DNA of 64,000 nucleotides, taken from NCBI GenBank assembly GCA_029249445.1, contig JAQWHI010000012.1, positions 1,061-65,060 on the forward strand. The letters are read 5' to 3'. Under the pieces are notes generated by a model. It was not told the DNA's origin and searched no databases. It saw only the letters and a list, made by a program, of their open reading frames with translations. The position numbers and the translations under genes were made by a program. Shown piece by piece: positions 55,661-64,000 of the stretch. This DNA is from Crocinitomicaceae bacterium (GTDB lineage: Bacteria; Bacteroidota; Bacteroidia; Flavobacteriales_D; Crocinitomicaceae). The first letter of the stretch is position 1. Every line of letters begins with the position of its first letter.

Positions 55661-57295
55661 CTATGGATAGTTCACCGTTAGTTTAATTTCTACGAACCTG
55701 TTCAATTGGTGCTCTCGTTCCGAACAAAATACTCCAGGTTTACAATTATTTACGAGAGCTGAAGAACCCAGCGACTCAGATTTAATTTCAGTTGTAACAT
55801 TCGCATCTAATAGTTGCTGCTTTAACCAATCCGCTCTGTTTTTCCCTAGCTTAAAATTATATGCTTTTGTTCCACGAGAATCGGCGTGGCCAACAAGCAC
55901 CATTTGGAGGTCATATAATTCAGTATATTTCAGGCACCCTTCAATAAATTCTGCATTTAATTCTGAAGTGAAGGAGTCAAAGTCAAAATAAATTTTTCGC
56001 AAGTTCCATTTTTCCATCCATGCGAGGAACTCTTTGCTTGGAACTGATACTGTGGGTTTTGGAGGATCAATTTTAATATTCCAAACATCATCATCTCCTT
56101 TTCCGTTGGCACGATTTGATACGACAGATCCAGACAAAGTGTCGTGCCAGAATAAGTTAAAATCATCAAAGCAACTGTTAATAGGTGCCTTTAAGTGCTT
56201 GATATTCTCATTTTCAAAAGCGTATGAATATACATCTAGTCCTCCATATCCCAATCGACCGTCACTAGAGAATATCAATAGCGAATCTCCTAGGAAGCGC
56301 GGGTACATCTCATTGCCCGGAGTGTTGAGCTCTGTTAGTGGAACAGGAGTCGTCCAACTTCCATTCTTGTATATTGATCGGTACAGATCACTGCCCTGAA
56401 TGTTTGATCCACTTTTTGAGAAAACCATTTGTTTGCCATCAAGTGATAATGTTGGATGCGTGCAACTTGATGTATCACTGATTCCAGAATACGACCACAA
56501 AGTAACATCATCAAGTTTTGATTGAAGTGAGACGTACGTTCCAACATAAATTTGTTGAATAGCGAGGGAGGCATCTTGTTCAAGTGGACGTGAAGCACTA
56601 AAAATTACTTTATTTGAGGGTTTATGAATATAAAACGCATTGATCGAATACGCTCGGTAGTTCTTAAATAGTTCGATTTCCCGCATTGAATTATCGGTAA
56701 GCGTATATGGGCGCATTAACATCAGTTGCAGTTCCACATTGCTATTCGGATCAGCAATGAAGTTTCCAGCACTATCGAGTCCCACTTCATGGAAATGAAT
56801 TTTTTGACCATTTACATAGCCGCTTCCATTTGCATATCTCGAATTTTCGGCGCTATTTGTTACGCTCATGTTTGGAGTATCTTTCCAAGTTTGAATTTCA
56901 TTGCACGTAGCAATCATCAATTGGATTTCAGTATTCAATTCAGAGGACAAGCTCATGCATTTCTTGAGCGAGTTTACAGCCGAATTGTAGTTTCCGGATT
57001 CCTTTTCAAGAGTTCCCTTCCATAGCCAAAAATGGGCTTTATCGGAATGGTCTGTAATTATAGAGTTAATGTATGGAAGCCCTTCAGAACTATTGCCATT
57101 GATGTAATAACAAAAGCCCAATTTTTCGACTTCCTCTGAGTTTAAATTTCTCTTGGCTCTGACGGCTTCATATGCATTTTCAGCCTGAGCATACTCGAAG
57201 TTCTCAAAGTAATTTTCAGCATTAGCAGCGTCTTGCGACCAGCAATTTAGTGTGGCCGAGAGAATAAAAACAAATGATAAACTCTTCCTTTTCAT
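55661..57295 (-). CDS. PorE-like outer-membrane protein: TPR-like N-domain, beta-propeller-like middle, OmpA_C peptidoglycan-binding domain
   Basis: The signal peptide ends in LNC. The helical-repeat region runs from YFENFEYAQAENAYEA to GNYNSAVNSLKKC. FSKSGS/FSSDGR motifs are PD40/TolB-like. The C-terminal IYFDFDS...LVGHADSRGTKAYNFKLGKNRA...C....C.EREHQLNRFVEI is the OmpA family. Confidence 0.8.
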   Translation of the reverse strand: MKRKSLSFVFILSATLNCWSQDAANAENYFENFEYAQAENAYEAVRAKRNLNSEEVEKLGFCYYINGNSSEGLPYINSIITDHSDKAHFWLWKGTLEKESGNYNSAVNSLKKCMSLSSELNTEIQLMIATCNEIQTWKDTPNMSVTNSAENSRYANGSGYVNGQKIHFHEVGLDSAGNFIADPNSNVELQLMLMRPYTLTDNSMREIELFKNYRAYSINAFYIHKPSNKVIFSASRPLEQDASLAIQQIYVGTYVSLQSKLDDVTLWSYSGISDTSSCTHPTLSLDGKQMVFSKSGSNIQGSDLYRSIYKNGSWTTPVPLTELNTPGNEMYPRFLGDSLLIFSSDGRLGYGGLDVYSYAFENENIKHLKAPINSCFDDFNLFWHDTLSGSVVSNRANGKGDDDVWNIKIDPPKPTVSVPSKEFLAWMEKWNLRKIYFDFDSFTSELNAEFIEGCLKYTELYDLQMVLVGHADSRGTKAYNFKLGKNRADWLKQQLLDANVTTEIKSESLGSSALVNNCKPGVFCSEREHQLNRFVEIKLTVNYP

Positions 57296-57303
57296 AGAGG
57301 TTC

Positions 57304-58257
57304 TTATAACGATGATGGGCTATAAATTCTATTTCTCAAGAGCCATGGGGTCTTTTTTCGTTGTTCCTGATTTTTCCATATTTGAAGTTCGAGGAACAAT
57401 TCGTGCGATCCGTTGCTGTAATTCCCAATATCGGAAAGTGTGAAGTCGTAAGAGTATCCAAATTTGAAAATGCCAAATTGGAACCCTGCCATTCCCGCAA
57501 CAGCCTCTTCGTGGCGGTAGGAAACACCAAACCACAGCAAGTCATCATATGACGCGATGAGAGACACATCTGGCTGGATGACTAAAGCATCGATCATTCG
57601 CACCATACCTGTTGGCTTTAAACTCCAATCTTTAGGTAAAGAAAAATTGTACCCTCCATACAAGTAATAGGTCCGTACCATCGGGTTGATTACTTTGTTA
57701 TCGAAGTCGAATAAATCTCTATTTACTTCAACGAGATTACGCGCAGAGATACCTACAAATCCTTTGTCCAAATAGGTGTAGTAGGCACCAAAATTGGCGT
57801 CAGGAACAAATTGGTTGTTGTATCCAACTTGCATTGCTGGATCATCTGGTAAGTAAGTGGTTAATCGACTAAGATCGATCATGTGTTGGGTGAAGGAAAC
57901 ACCCAATCCTAAACCAAGAATATGTGCTTTATTTTGTGACAAACGCAAACGATAGGCTCCCATAATTGTCCCTCCTGTCCGTCGGCTCGGTCCAGTCACA
58001 TCATTGAAAACTGTTCCTCCAAATCCAAGATTTTTTCCAAGATATGCGTGTGAAGTGAGTGTTTGTGTGCTTGGAGCTCCTTCGAAGCCGGCCCATTGTT
58101 TTCGTCCATTCAAATGAACGCTGATGTAATCATTCGATCCAACCGCTCCAGGGTTAAACGAAACTTCGTTAAACATGTATTGTGTGTTCAATGAAATCTG
58201 TTGTCCAAAAGCAGACGTGATCAATACACAAGTCGATAGTAATGCTAGAATTTTCAT
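57304..58257 (-). CDS. PorP/SprF-family type IX secretion system membrane protein
   Basis: QQISLNTQYMFNEVSFNPGAVGS...GRKQWAGFEGAPSTQTLT...GFGGTVFNDVTGP matches the PorP/SprF N-terminal consensus. The 317-aa length fits a predicted beta-barrel. Confidence 0.9.
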   Translation of the reverse strand: MKILALLSTCVLITSAFGQQISLNTQYMFNEVSFNPGAVGSNDYISVHLNGRKQWAGFEGAPSTQTLTSHAYLGKNLGFGGTVFNDVTGPSRRTGGTIMGAYRLRLSQNKAHILGLGLGVSFTQHMIDLSRLTTYLPDDPAMQVGYNNQFVPDANFGAYYTYLDKGFVGISARNLVEVNRDLFDFDNKVINPMVRTYYLYGGYNFSLPKDWSLKPTGMVRMIDALVIQPDVSLIASYDDLLWFGVSYRHEEAVAGMAGFQFGIFKFGYSYDFTLSDIGNYSNGSHELFLELQIWKNQEQRKKTPWLLRNRIYSPSSL

Positions 58258-58259
58258 AG

Positions 58260-61200
58260 TTATCTTACAATTGTTACTGTACCTCTTAGCGGTTCTAGGT
58301 TCGTATTCAAATTAATTATATAGTAGTATGTTTCTGATGGTAATGGCTGTCCATTATAAACTCCGTTCCATTCTTCATACAGATTTGCTTGTTCATATAA
58401 AAGATTTCCCCAGCGATTAAAAATTTTTATTTCCATATTGGGATAAATTTCAACATTCTTTAAGAACCACGTATCGTTGTAATAATCTCCGTTCGGAGTA
58501 AAAGCTGTTGGTGGAATGATACATGCAATCGGGTTGGTTGAGACAAATACAGAATCTGATGCCGTACAACCAACAATATCCTCAACCTCTACAGTATACA
58601 TGCCACCAAAGAGTCCTTCAATACCTGCAGTTGTTTCATCGGTATCCCATAAATACGTAAAGTCCCCAGTCCCGCCGTATGGAAATGCAGTTGCAGTCCC
58701 ATCAAATTGGTCTGCACATGAAACTTCAGTCATTAAGAAATCAATTTTAATCGAGTCCGGCTGTGAAATCATTATACTTGCCGAGTCCAAACAGTTTTTG
58801 GTATCTGTTACGAAAACGATATAATCATCAGCGGGAATACTTGAAAGATCTTGTGATGTTTCTCCATTTGGTGACCACAAATAGTTGTATCCAGGGTTGC
58901 CACCGGAAACTTCTATGTCAATCAATCCATCTGATCCTCCAGCGCAAGTAATATTTACCGTTTCTATTTCAATTTTTAAGGAGTCGGGTTCAGGCAGAAA
59001 AATGAAAATTTCTGTCAAACAATCTAATGTGTCACGCAATTCCAACTGATAGGTGTCTGAGGGGAAGTTGATCAAGTCTTGCTCTTGTGAGCTCAGTGCA
59101 TAGGTTGAATTGAACCATGTATAATTGTAGGGTGCCGTACCTCCTGAGGGACTAATATCAATGATTCCGTCCGAGAACCCGTTACATGTTACGTCTGTTA
59201 CAGCTTCATTTGCCAAAAGTAAATCCGGTTGTATTACCTCGATGGAGTCAACCACCTGACATCCGTTATTATCGATTAAGTCAAAGGTGTACCACCCGGC
59301 CGTAAGGTCAGTAATAGTTTCAGTATCATCACCAGAGCTCCATGTTACTGAATAAAGAGGAGAGCCACCTGTCGGTGTCAGTTCAATCGAACCGTTTGCT
59401 TCACCATGGCAGACAACAGGATTGGATATAAATGTATATCCAAGCGTATCCATTGGCTCGGTCAATGTGATTGAATCTTCCCAAGTACAGAAGTTTCCGT
59501 CCGTAACCTGTATGTAATAGGAATCAGCAAAAAGGGTATTGATGTCTTCTGTTGTAGCCCCATTACTCCAATTAAAAGAATACGAAATTGTTCCTCCTCC
59601 TATTGTTAGGTCAACAGCTCCGGTATTTTCACCTTTACACAAGATGTCCACACCTGATAAGCTTCCGGTTAATAATGGCGGCTCACTGATTATTAACGTA
59701 TCGTAAAATTGACAGTTTTGCCCGTCCGTAATAATAACGGTATAGGTGTCACTCGGATAGTTTATTAGGTCTTCTGATGTCGTTGATAATAAATAGCTGG
59801 AGTTAGCCCATGCAAAAGAGTATGGTGTTGTTCCGCCCGTAGTGTTTAAATCAACAACACCATTAGATTCTCCAAAACAGACAACAGGTGAAATGTTGTT
59901 GCTTGCTTGAAGTGTATCACTTGGTTGATCTACAAGGAAATTTTCTTGGGCCTGACAGCCATTATCGTCATTAAGGGTCAATGTGTAGGTGTCGGAAAAC
60001 AGTCCTGCTAAATCTTGGGTAGCTCCCATATTGGCACCGGATGAGTTTTCCCACGTGAAGGTGTAATCAGGGGTTCCGCCAAAGGGTGTGATATTAACCC
60101 CTCCGGTATTGAGTCCGAAGCAGAGAACATTTATAATATCGTCAGTAATTATTTCAAGATCAAATTCTGGTTCAGTTACTTCATACTCTTTAGTCAACAA
60201 ACACAAATTGTCATCTGTTACGGAGAGCGTATAAGTACCATCTTCTAGCGAAGTAAAACTGGCATTAGTAGAGGTGATTGATTGAATGATTATTCCAGCA
60301 TCATTGGAAAAAAGGGAATATGTATAATCTCCTGATGAAGTTCCTCCAGTAATTTCAACATCGATTTGACCATCAGAAAAATCATGACACGATACGTTTG
60401 TGATGCTCTCAGTGGCTATTGAAAGTGGCAATGGAGAATTTACCACTTCGCCATTCGAATGCGTACAGCCTTCTGAATCGGTAATAACTACTGAGTAATT
60501 GTCTACAGGAACTCCACTCAAGGTAGGGTTATCTACAGAGTAATTATAGTACGAACTTGACCAGGAATAGTTGTAGGGAGGTGTTCCTCCAGTAGGTCCA
60601 ACAGTAAGCTCTCCGTCAGAATATCCATTACAAGTAACATCGGTCGTTACGATTGAGGAGGAAAGTGGCGCATTCGGCTGATCAACGGTAATATTCTCTG
60701 ATGCTGAACAGAAGTTTCCATCTGTGACAGTTACAGTATATGTGTTGGCTGCCAGACCCGACACATCTTCGGTCGCGTCTCCGGTTGACCATGCATACGA
60801 ATAAGGAGGAGTTCCACTACCATTCATAATAACATCAATCTCGCCAGAGCTCTGGCCGTTACAATCTACATCTGTAACATCATATGTAATTGCTACAGGG
60901 GTTAAGGGTTGGTTAACATATACCTGCGTTGATACAACACAGTCGTTTCCGTCTTTCACATTTAAGCTGTGAAACCCTGCACCTGCATTCTCTGTTGCAA
61001 TATCATCATAAGTGCCAAGCCCATCCATGTCCCAATCGTAATAATAAGGTGTTGTACCTCCCGTTGGAACAACAGTGACAGTTCCATTATTTTGTCCAAA
61101 GCAGAGGACATCAGTTACGGATGTGTTCAATAGAATTGGGGCTGGAGAATTTACTGTATAAGAAAGAGAAATTGTACAGCCTGTGCAATTGTCTTTGAAC

Positions 61201-61454
61201 AATGCTGAATAGGTTCCCGCCGAAAGTCCCGTAAGGCTCAATGTGTTAATTGGTGGCTGTGGACTAATTGACCAATATACTTCCCAATCAGATGAAGCTT
61301 GAATAATACTTAGGGTTATTGTACCATTGTTTCCACCATTACAGAATACATCTGTTCCTGAAACGGATACGGTGGGGCACCCGGTGTAACCGCATTGTGT
61401 CCAACCTAAGGTTGGTGTTATAGCCAGTATGGCTGCAAATAGAAGTTGTTTCAT
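58260..61454 (-). CDS. SprB-repeat adhesin with T9SS type B CTD (1064 aa)
   Basis: More than 10 repeats of C-(F/N/H)-G-x-x-(N/D)-G-x-(I/V)-(D/T)-(L/V)...GG(T)-x-PY-x-(Y/F)-x-W. The C-terminus is FTPNGDYYNDTW...IFNRWGNLLYE...EWNGVYNGQPLPSETYYYII...GTVTIVR. Confidence 0.9.
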   Translation of the reverse strand: MKQLLFAAILAITPTLGWTQCGYTGCPTVSVSGTDVFCNGGNNGTITLSIIQASSDWEVYWSISPQPPINTLSLTGLSAGTYSALFKDNCTGCTISLSYTVNSPAPILLNTSVTDVLCFGQNNGTVTVVPTGGTTPYYYDWDMDGLGTYDDIATENAGAGFHSLNVKDGNDCVVSTQVYVNQPLTPVAITYDVTDVDCNGQSSGEIDVIMNGSGTPPYSYAWSTGDATEDVSGLAANTYTVTVTDGNFCSASENITVDQPNAPLSSSIVTTDVTCNGYSDGELTVGPTGGTPPYNYSWSSSYYNYSVDNPTLSGVPVDNYSVVITDSEGCTHSNGEVVNSPLPLSIATESITNVSCHDFSDGQIDVEITGGTSSGDYTYSLFSNDAGIIIQSITSTNASFTSLEDGTYTLSVTDDNLCLLTKEYEVTEPEFDLEIITDDIINVLCFGLNTGGVNITPFGGTPDYTFTWENSSGANMGATQDLAGLFSDTYTLTLNDDNGCQAQENFLVDQPSDTLQASNNISPVVCFGESNGVVDLNTTGGTTPYSFAWANSSYLLSTTSEDLINYPSDTYTVIITDGQNCQFYDTLIISEPPLLTGSLSGVDILCKGENTGAVDLTIGGGTISYSFNWSNGATTEDINTLFADSYYIQVTDGNFCTWEDSITLTEPMDTLGYTFISNPVVCHGEANGSIELTPTGGSPLYSVTWSSGDDTETITDLTAGWYTFDLIDNNGCQVVDSIEVIQPDLLLANEAVTDVTCNGFSDGIIDISPSGGTAPYNYTWFNSTYALSSQEQDLINFPSDTYQLELRDTLDCLTEIFIFLPEPDSLKIEIETVNITCAGGSDGLIDIEVSGGNPGYNYLWSPNGETSQDLSSIPADDYIVFVTDTKNCLDSASIMISQPDSIKIDFLMTEVSCADQFDGTATAFPYGGTGDFTYLWDTDETTAGIEGLFGGMYTVEVEDIVGCTASDSVFVSTNPIACIIPPTAFTPNGDYYNDTWFLKNVEIYPNMEIKIFNRWGNLLYEQANLYEEWNGVYNGQPLPSETYYYIINLNTNLEPLRGTVTIVR

Positions 61455-61455
61455 T

Positions 61456-64000
61456 TTATCTTACAATTGTTACAGTACCAGTGTATTGATTATCAATCCC
61501 ATTGTTTAACCTTATTATGTAATAGTAAACCTCTGAAGGAAGCGCTTGACCTTTATAAACACCATCCCAGGGGCTGTATGTACCTATGGATTCGAAGAGT
61601 AGACTTCCCCAGCGATTAAAAACGCGAACTTCTGCATTAGGGTAGAGGTATAGATTCTCAATAATCCAAGTATCATTATAGTTGTCTCCATTTGGAGTAA
61701 ATGAATTCACCACTTGAACACATTCGACCAAAGAGGGGGTAATAATGAAGTCATAGGATTTTTGACAATTATAATCATCAGTAATAATCACGTTGTATTG
61801 TCCTGCGATTAAGTCAGTGTTATGCTCAGTTTCATTTCCATTCGACCATTGCCATTCGTAAGGTTTTGTTCCTCCAACTGTTGCAATATGAATTTCTGCA
61901 TCAGTTTGATCAATACAGCTTAGCGGAACAATTTCCTGTCCAATCTGAATTTCAGGTGCTTGATCGACGAAGAGGGTTTGTTTGTAGATACAACCATTCG
62001 AGTCTGTTAACACATAGCTATATTCTTGAGAGGTCAAATTGACTTGATCTTCAGAGGTTGAGGTGTTGCTCCAGGTATAGTTGTAGGACAATGTTCCTCC
62101 ACTTGGTGTCAAATCAATCGCTCCATCATCGCCTCCAAAACACGAAACTTCGGTAATATCGACGTCTACTTCGAGTGTGTCAGGCTGATCTACGAATATA
62201 TATTCTTCATAAATACAATCATTTTTATCTGTAACTCGGAAGAAGTATTCGCCTTTAATGAGTCCTGAAAATAACTCGCTAGGATTGTTCATTAAAATCT
62301 GTTGTTGATTACCCCACTCCATGTAATAAGGAGTTGTACCTCCTGTAATGTCAAGCTCAATGGATCCATTAGAATATCCAAAACATGCCGGCTCCGTTAC
62401 TGTGCTAGCTATTGTCAATGGGTTAATTGGTTCCGCAACGAATCCACCTGTTGTTTGAGAGCACCCGTTGGTGTCTGTAATTGTTACGCTATAAAGGGCG
62501 GAAGGAATATTTGTTAAATCTTCCGTGTCATCGTTGTCACCTGTCCCATCGTTGTCCCAATCAAAAACATATGGCTGCGTGCCCCCAAACACAGTAAGGT
62601 CGATTGCACCAGTAGTATCGCCGTTACATTTTACTTCTTCAATGGCAATTGATGGTGAAATAGGGTGCAAAGGTTGGTTGACTTGAACGCTGATTGTTTC
62701 CGAACATGAATTGTCATCGTAGGCAATTAGATTATAGGTCCCAACCACCAGTCCTCCAAGGTCTTCTGTATCGTCATTGTCGCCAGTTCCATCATTGTCC
62801 CAATCGAAAATATATGAACCTGTACCTCCTGTAATTGTGAGATCAATAGAGCCTGTGGCGTCTCCATAACAGTCAACATTTTGAGTGACTGATGAAAGTG
62901 TGATGGGCTGTGCGGGCTGATCCACCGAAATTTGAAGAATTGCTTCACATTGGTTGTCGTCCAAAACAAAGACCGAATAGATTCCAGTGTATAAGTTGGA
63001 AAGGTCTTCAGTAGTTGGTTGCATAATAAAAGAGGAACTATCGGACCATTGGTAGGAGTATGGACTTGTCCCCCCGGAGGTCGTAATATCGATGACCCCA
63101 GTATTCTCTCCATAGCAGAGTACATTGTTATGTGTTTCTGAGAGTGTGAGTGGCTGCGCAGGTTGCCCAATAGTTACCGAAAGCACTTCTTGACACCCCT
63201 TATTATCGATAACGGTTAGATCAAAAATTCCTTCGGGAATTGATATTAAGTCTTCAGGGTCATCGAAATCTCCTGTTCCATCATTGCTCCAATCAAATGT
63301 GTATGGTGCTGTTCCCCCGGTCACTGTTAAGTCAATTGCACCAGTTGCATCACCAAAACACCCAACGTTAACTTTTGTGAATGATAGTGCAATTGGAGCT
63401 GAAGGTTCGTTTAATATAAATGAGTTTGTGCTTGTACATCCATTTCCATCGGTAACGAGCACATCATAATTTCCTGCACTTAGTCCATTTTGGTCCTCAT
63501 TTGTAGACGTGAGTCCTGTACCATTTGATGTAGACCAATTGAAGCTGTAGTTACCGTCACCGCCTACACTTGTTATATCAATTGCACCTGTTGGAACACC
63601 GAAACAATTTAGGTCCAGTAAAACCGGAGCGGTAATTTCTATAATGTTTGGCTCACTGACGGTTTCTGTCCATGTTTCCATACATCCATTGTCGTCGGTT
63701 ACCTGTACGACATACGTTCCGGCTTCTAAAACAGAGGTTGGATCTTGCATCGTCAGGGTTGTTTGAGCTCCTTGATTATCAAACCAAGTGTAAGAATACT
63801 GGCCAGGGATATTTGTTGAGCCTCCATTTACCGTGAGATCAATTGAACCAGTATTGTCGCCAAAACATAGGGCATCTGAAGAGACAGAAGAAAGTACAAT
63901 TGCCGGCGGTTCATTGATTACGTGCGAGAAAGATTCGGAACATCCTTTTCCATCGGTTATATTTAGTGTGTAGGTATCGTTTTCAAGATTGTTAATGTAG
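61456..64000 (-). CDS. SprB-repeat adhesin with T9SS type B CTD, C-terminal part (gene continues beyond the right edge)
   Basis: The track starts it at an internal Met (63750). The same frame stays open to 63999 (YINNLENDTYTLNITDGKGCSESFSHVINEPPAIVLSSVSSDALCFGDNTGSIDLTVNGG...), with more SprB repeats. The C-terminus FTPNGDNYNDTW...VFNRWGSLLFE...GTVTIVR stops 1 nt before the next gene's start. Confidence 0.9.
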   Translation of the reverse strand, partial: YINNLENDTYTLNITDGKGCSESFSHVINEPPAIVLSSVSSDALCFGDNTGSIDLTVNGGSTNIPGQYSYTWFDNQGAQTTLTMQDPTSVLEAGTYVVQVTDDNGCMETWTETVSEPNIIEITAPVLLDLNCFGVPTGAIDITSVGGDGNYSFNWSTSNGTGLTSTNEDQNGLSAGNYDVLVTDGNGCTSTNSFILNEPSAPIALSFTKVNVGCFGDATGAIDLTVTGGTAPYTFDWSNDGTGDFDDPEDLISIPEGIFDLTVIDNKGCQEVLSVTIGQPAQPLTLSETHNNVLCYGENTGVIDITTSGGTSPYSYQWSDSSSFIMQPTTEDLSNLYTGIYSVFVLDDNQCEAILQISVDQPAQPITLSSVTQNVDCYGDATGSIDLTITGGTGSYIFDWDNDGTGDNDDTEDLGGLVVGTYNLIAYDDNSCSETISVQVNQPLHPISPSIAIEEVKCNGDTTGAIDLTVFGGTQPYVFDWDNDGTGDNDDTEDLTNIPSALYSVTITDTNGCSQTTGGFVAEPINPLTIASTVTEPACFGYSNGSIELDITGGTTPYYMEWGNQQQILMNNPSELFSGLIKGEYFFRVTDKNDCIYEEYIFVDQPDTLEVDVDITEVSCFGGDDGAIDLTPSGGTLSYNYTWSNTSTSEDQVNLTSQEYSYVLTDSNGCIYKQTLFVDQAPEIQIGQEIVPLSCIDQTDAEIHIATVGGTKPYEWQWSNGNETEHNTDLIAGQYNVIITDDYNCQKSYDFIITPSLVECVQVVNSFTPNGDNYNDTWIIENLYLYPNAEVRVFNRWGSLLFESIGTYSPWDGVYKGQALPSEVYYYIIRLNNGIDNQYTGTVTIVR

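Noticed and set aside
47380-55681. Many 60-121-aa ORFs on the plus strand or in alternative frames inside the giant adhesin gene (for example 54157..54522 and 50908..51150)
   Set aside because: The 8.4-kb minus-strand frame is uninterrupted and carries coherent domain repeats throughout. The short ORFs have no start context and no recognisable motifs.
56034-56399. 121-aa plus-strand ORF opposite the PorE-like gene, and the nested minus-strand ORFs at 55957..56169 and 56335..56598
   Set aside because: They are shadow or alternative-frame ORFs inside a well-supported 544-aa coding frame.
62727-63170. 147-aa same-strand alternative-frame ORF inside the SprB-repeat gene
   Set aside because: It overlaps the main frame, where SprB repeats are continuous, and its own product has no repeat or domain structure.
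1-64000. Mobile elements, prophage remnants, defence systems, tRNA/rRNA genes
   Set aside because: I recognised no transposase, integrase, recombinase, restriction, helicase/nuclease defence signatures or cloverleaf-like sequences in any ORF or spacer I read. Absence by eye is not proof, and tRNAscan, Infernal and defence-finder runs would be decisive.

Overview
The window is a low-GC chromosomal segment, and I place it in Bacteroidota, probably Flavobacteriia-like. Three things support that: type IX secretion (T9SS) C-terminal sorting domains on many ORFs, SprB-repeat adhesins with a PorP/SprF gene, and repeated TAnnTTTG '-7' promoter boxes with almost no Shine-Dalgarno sequences. All calls come from reading the supplied translations and the DNA; no database search was run.

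Layout:
- 1-13.1 kb: a run of predicted T9SS cargo genes. These are an NPP-type phosphodiesterase-LamG protein, small CTD proteins, a 919-aa PKD protein and an 893-aa L-type-lectin protein. Three linked hypotheticals sit among them.
- 13.3-44 kb: mostly housekeeping genes. These include a glutathione-peroxidase-family protein and a bacilliredoxin, a frameshifted comF, nrdB-nrdA, rimP-nusA-infB, tatA, gatA, an MltD-like lytic transglycosylase, LPS-core-type glycosyltransferases, radA and pnuC plus a NadR-type kinase. The region also holds a clear TPP riboswitch in front of a TonB-dependent receptor, and a DtxR/MntR-family regulator divergent from a second TonB receptor with a perfect 16-bp palindrome between them.
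- 44-47.3 kb: five small hypothetical genes.
- 47.3-64 kb: one tightly packed minus-strand cassette. It encodes two tandem SprB-repeat type-B-CTD adhesins (the first runs off the right edge), a PorP/SprF protein and a PorE-like TPR/beta-propeller/OmpA protein. The last gene encodes a 2787-aa type-A-CTD giant with 14 Ig-like repeats and a seven-blade RCC1 propeller.

I saw no rRNA, tRNA, CRISPR array, transposase, integrase or recognisable defence genes. The best candidate for an under-described system is the self-contained adhesin / PorP / PorE-like / giant-RCC1 cassette. The other findings are smaller regulatory and annotation observations.
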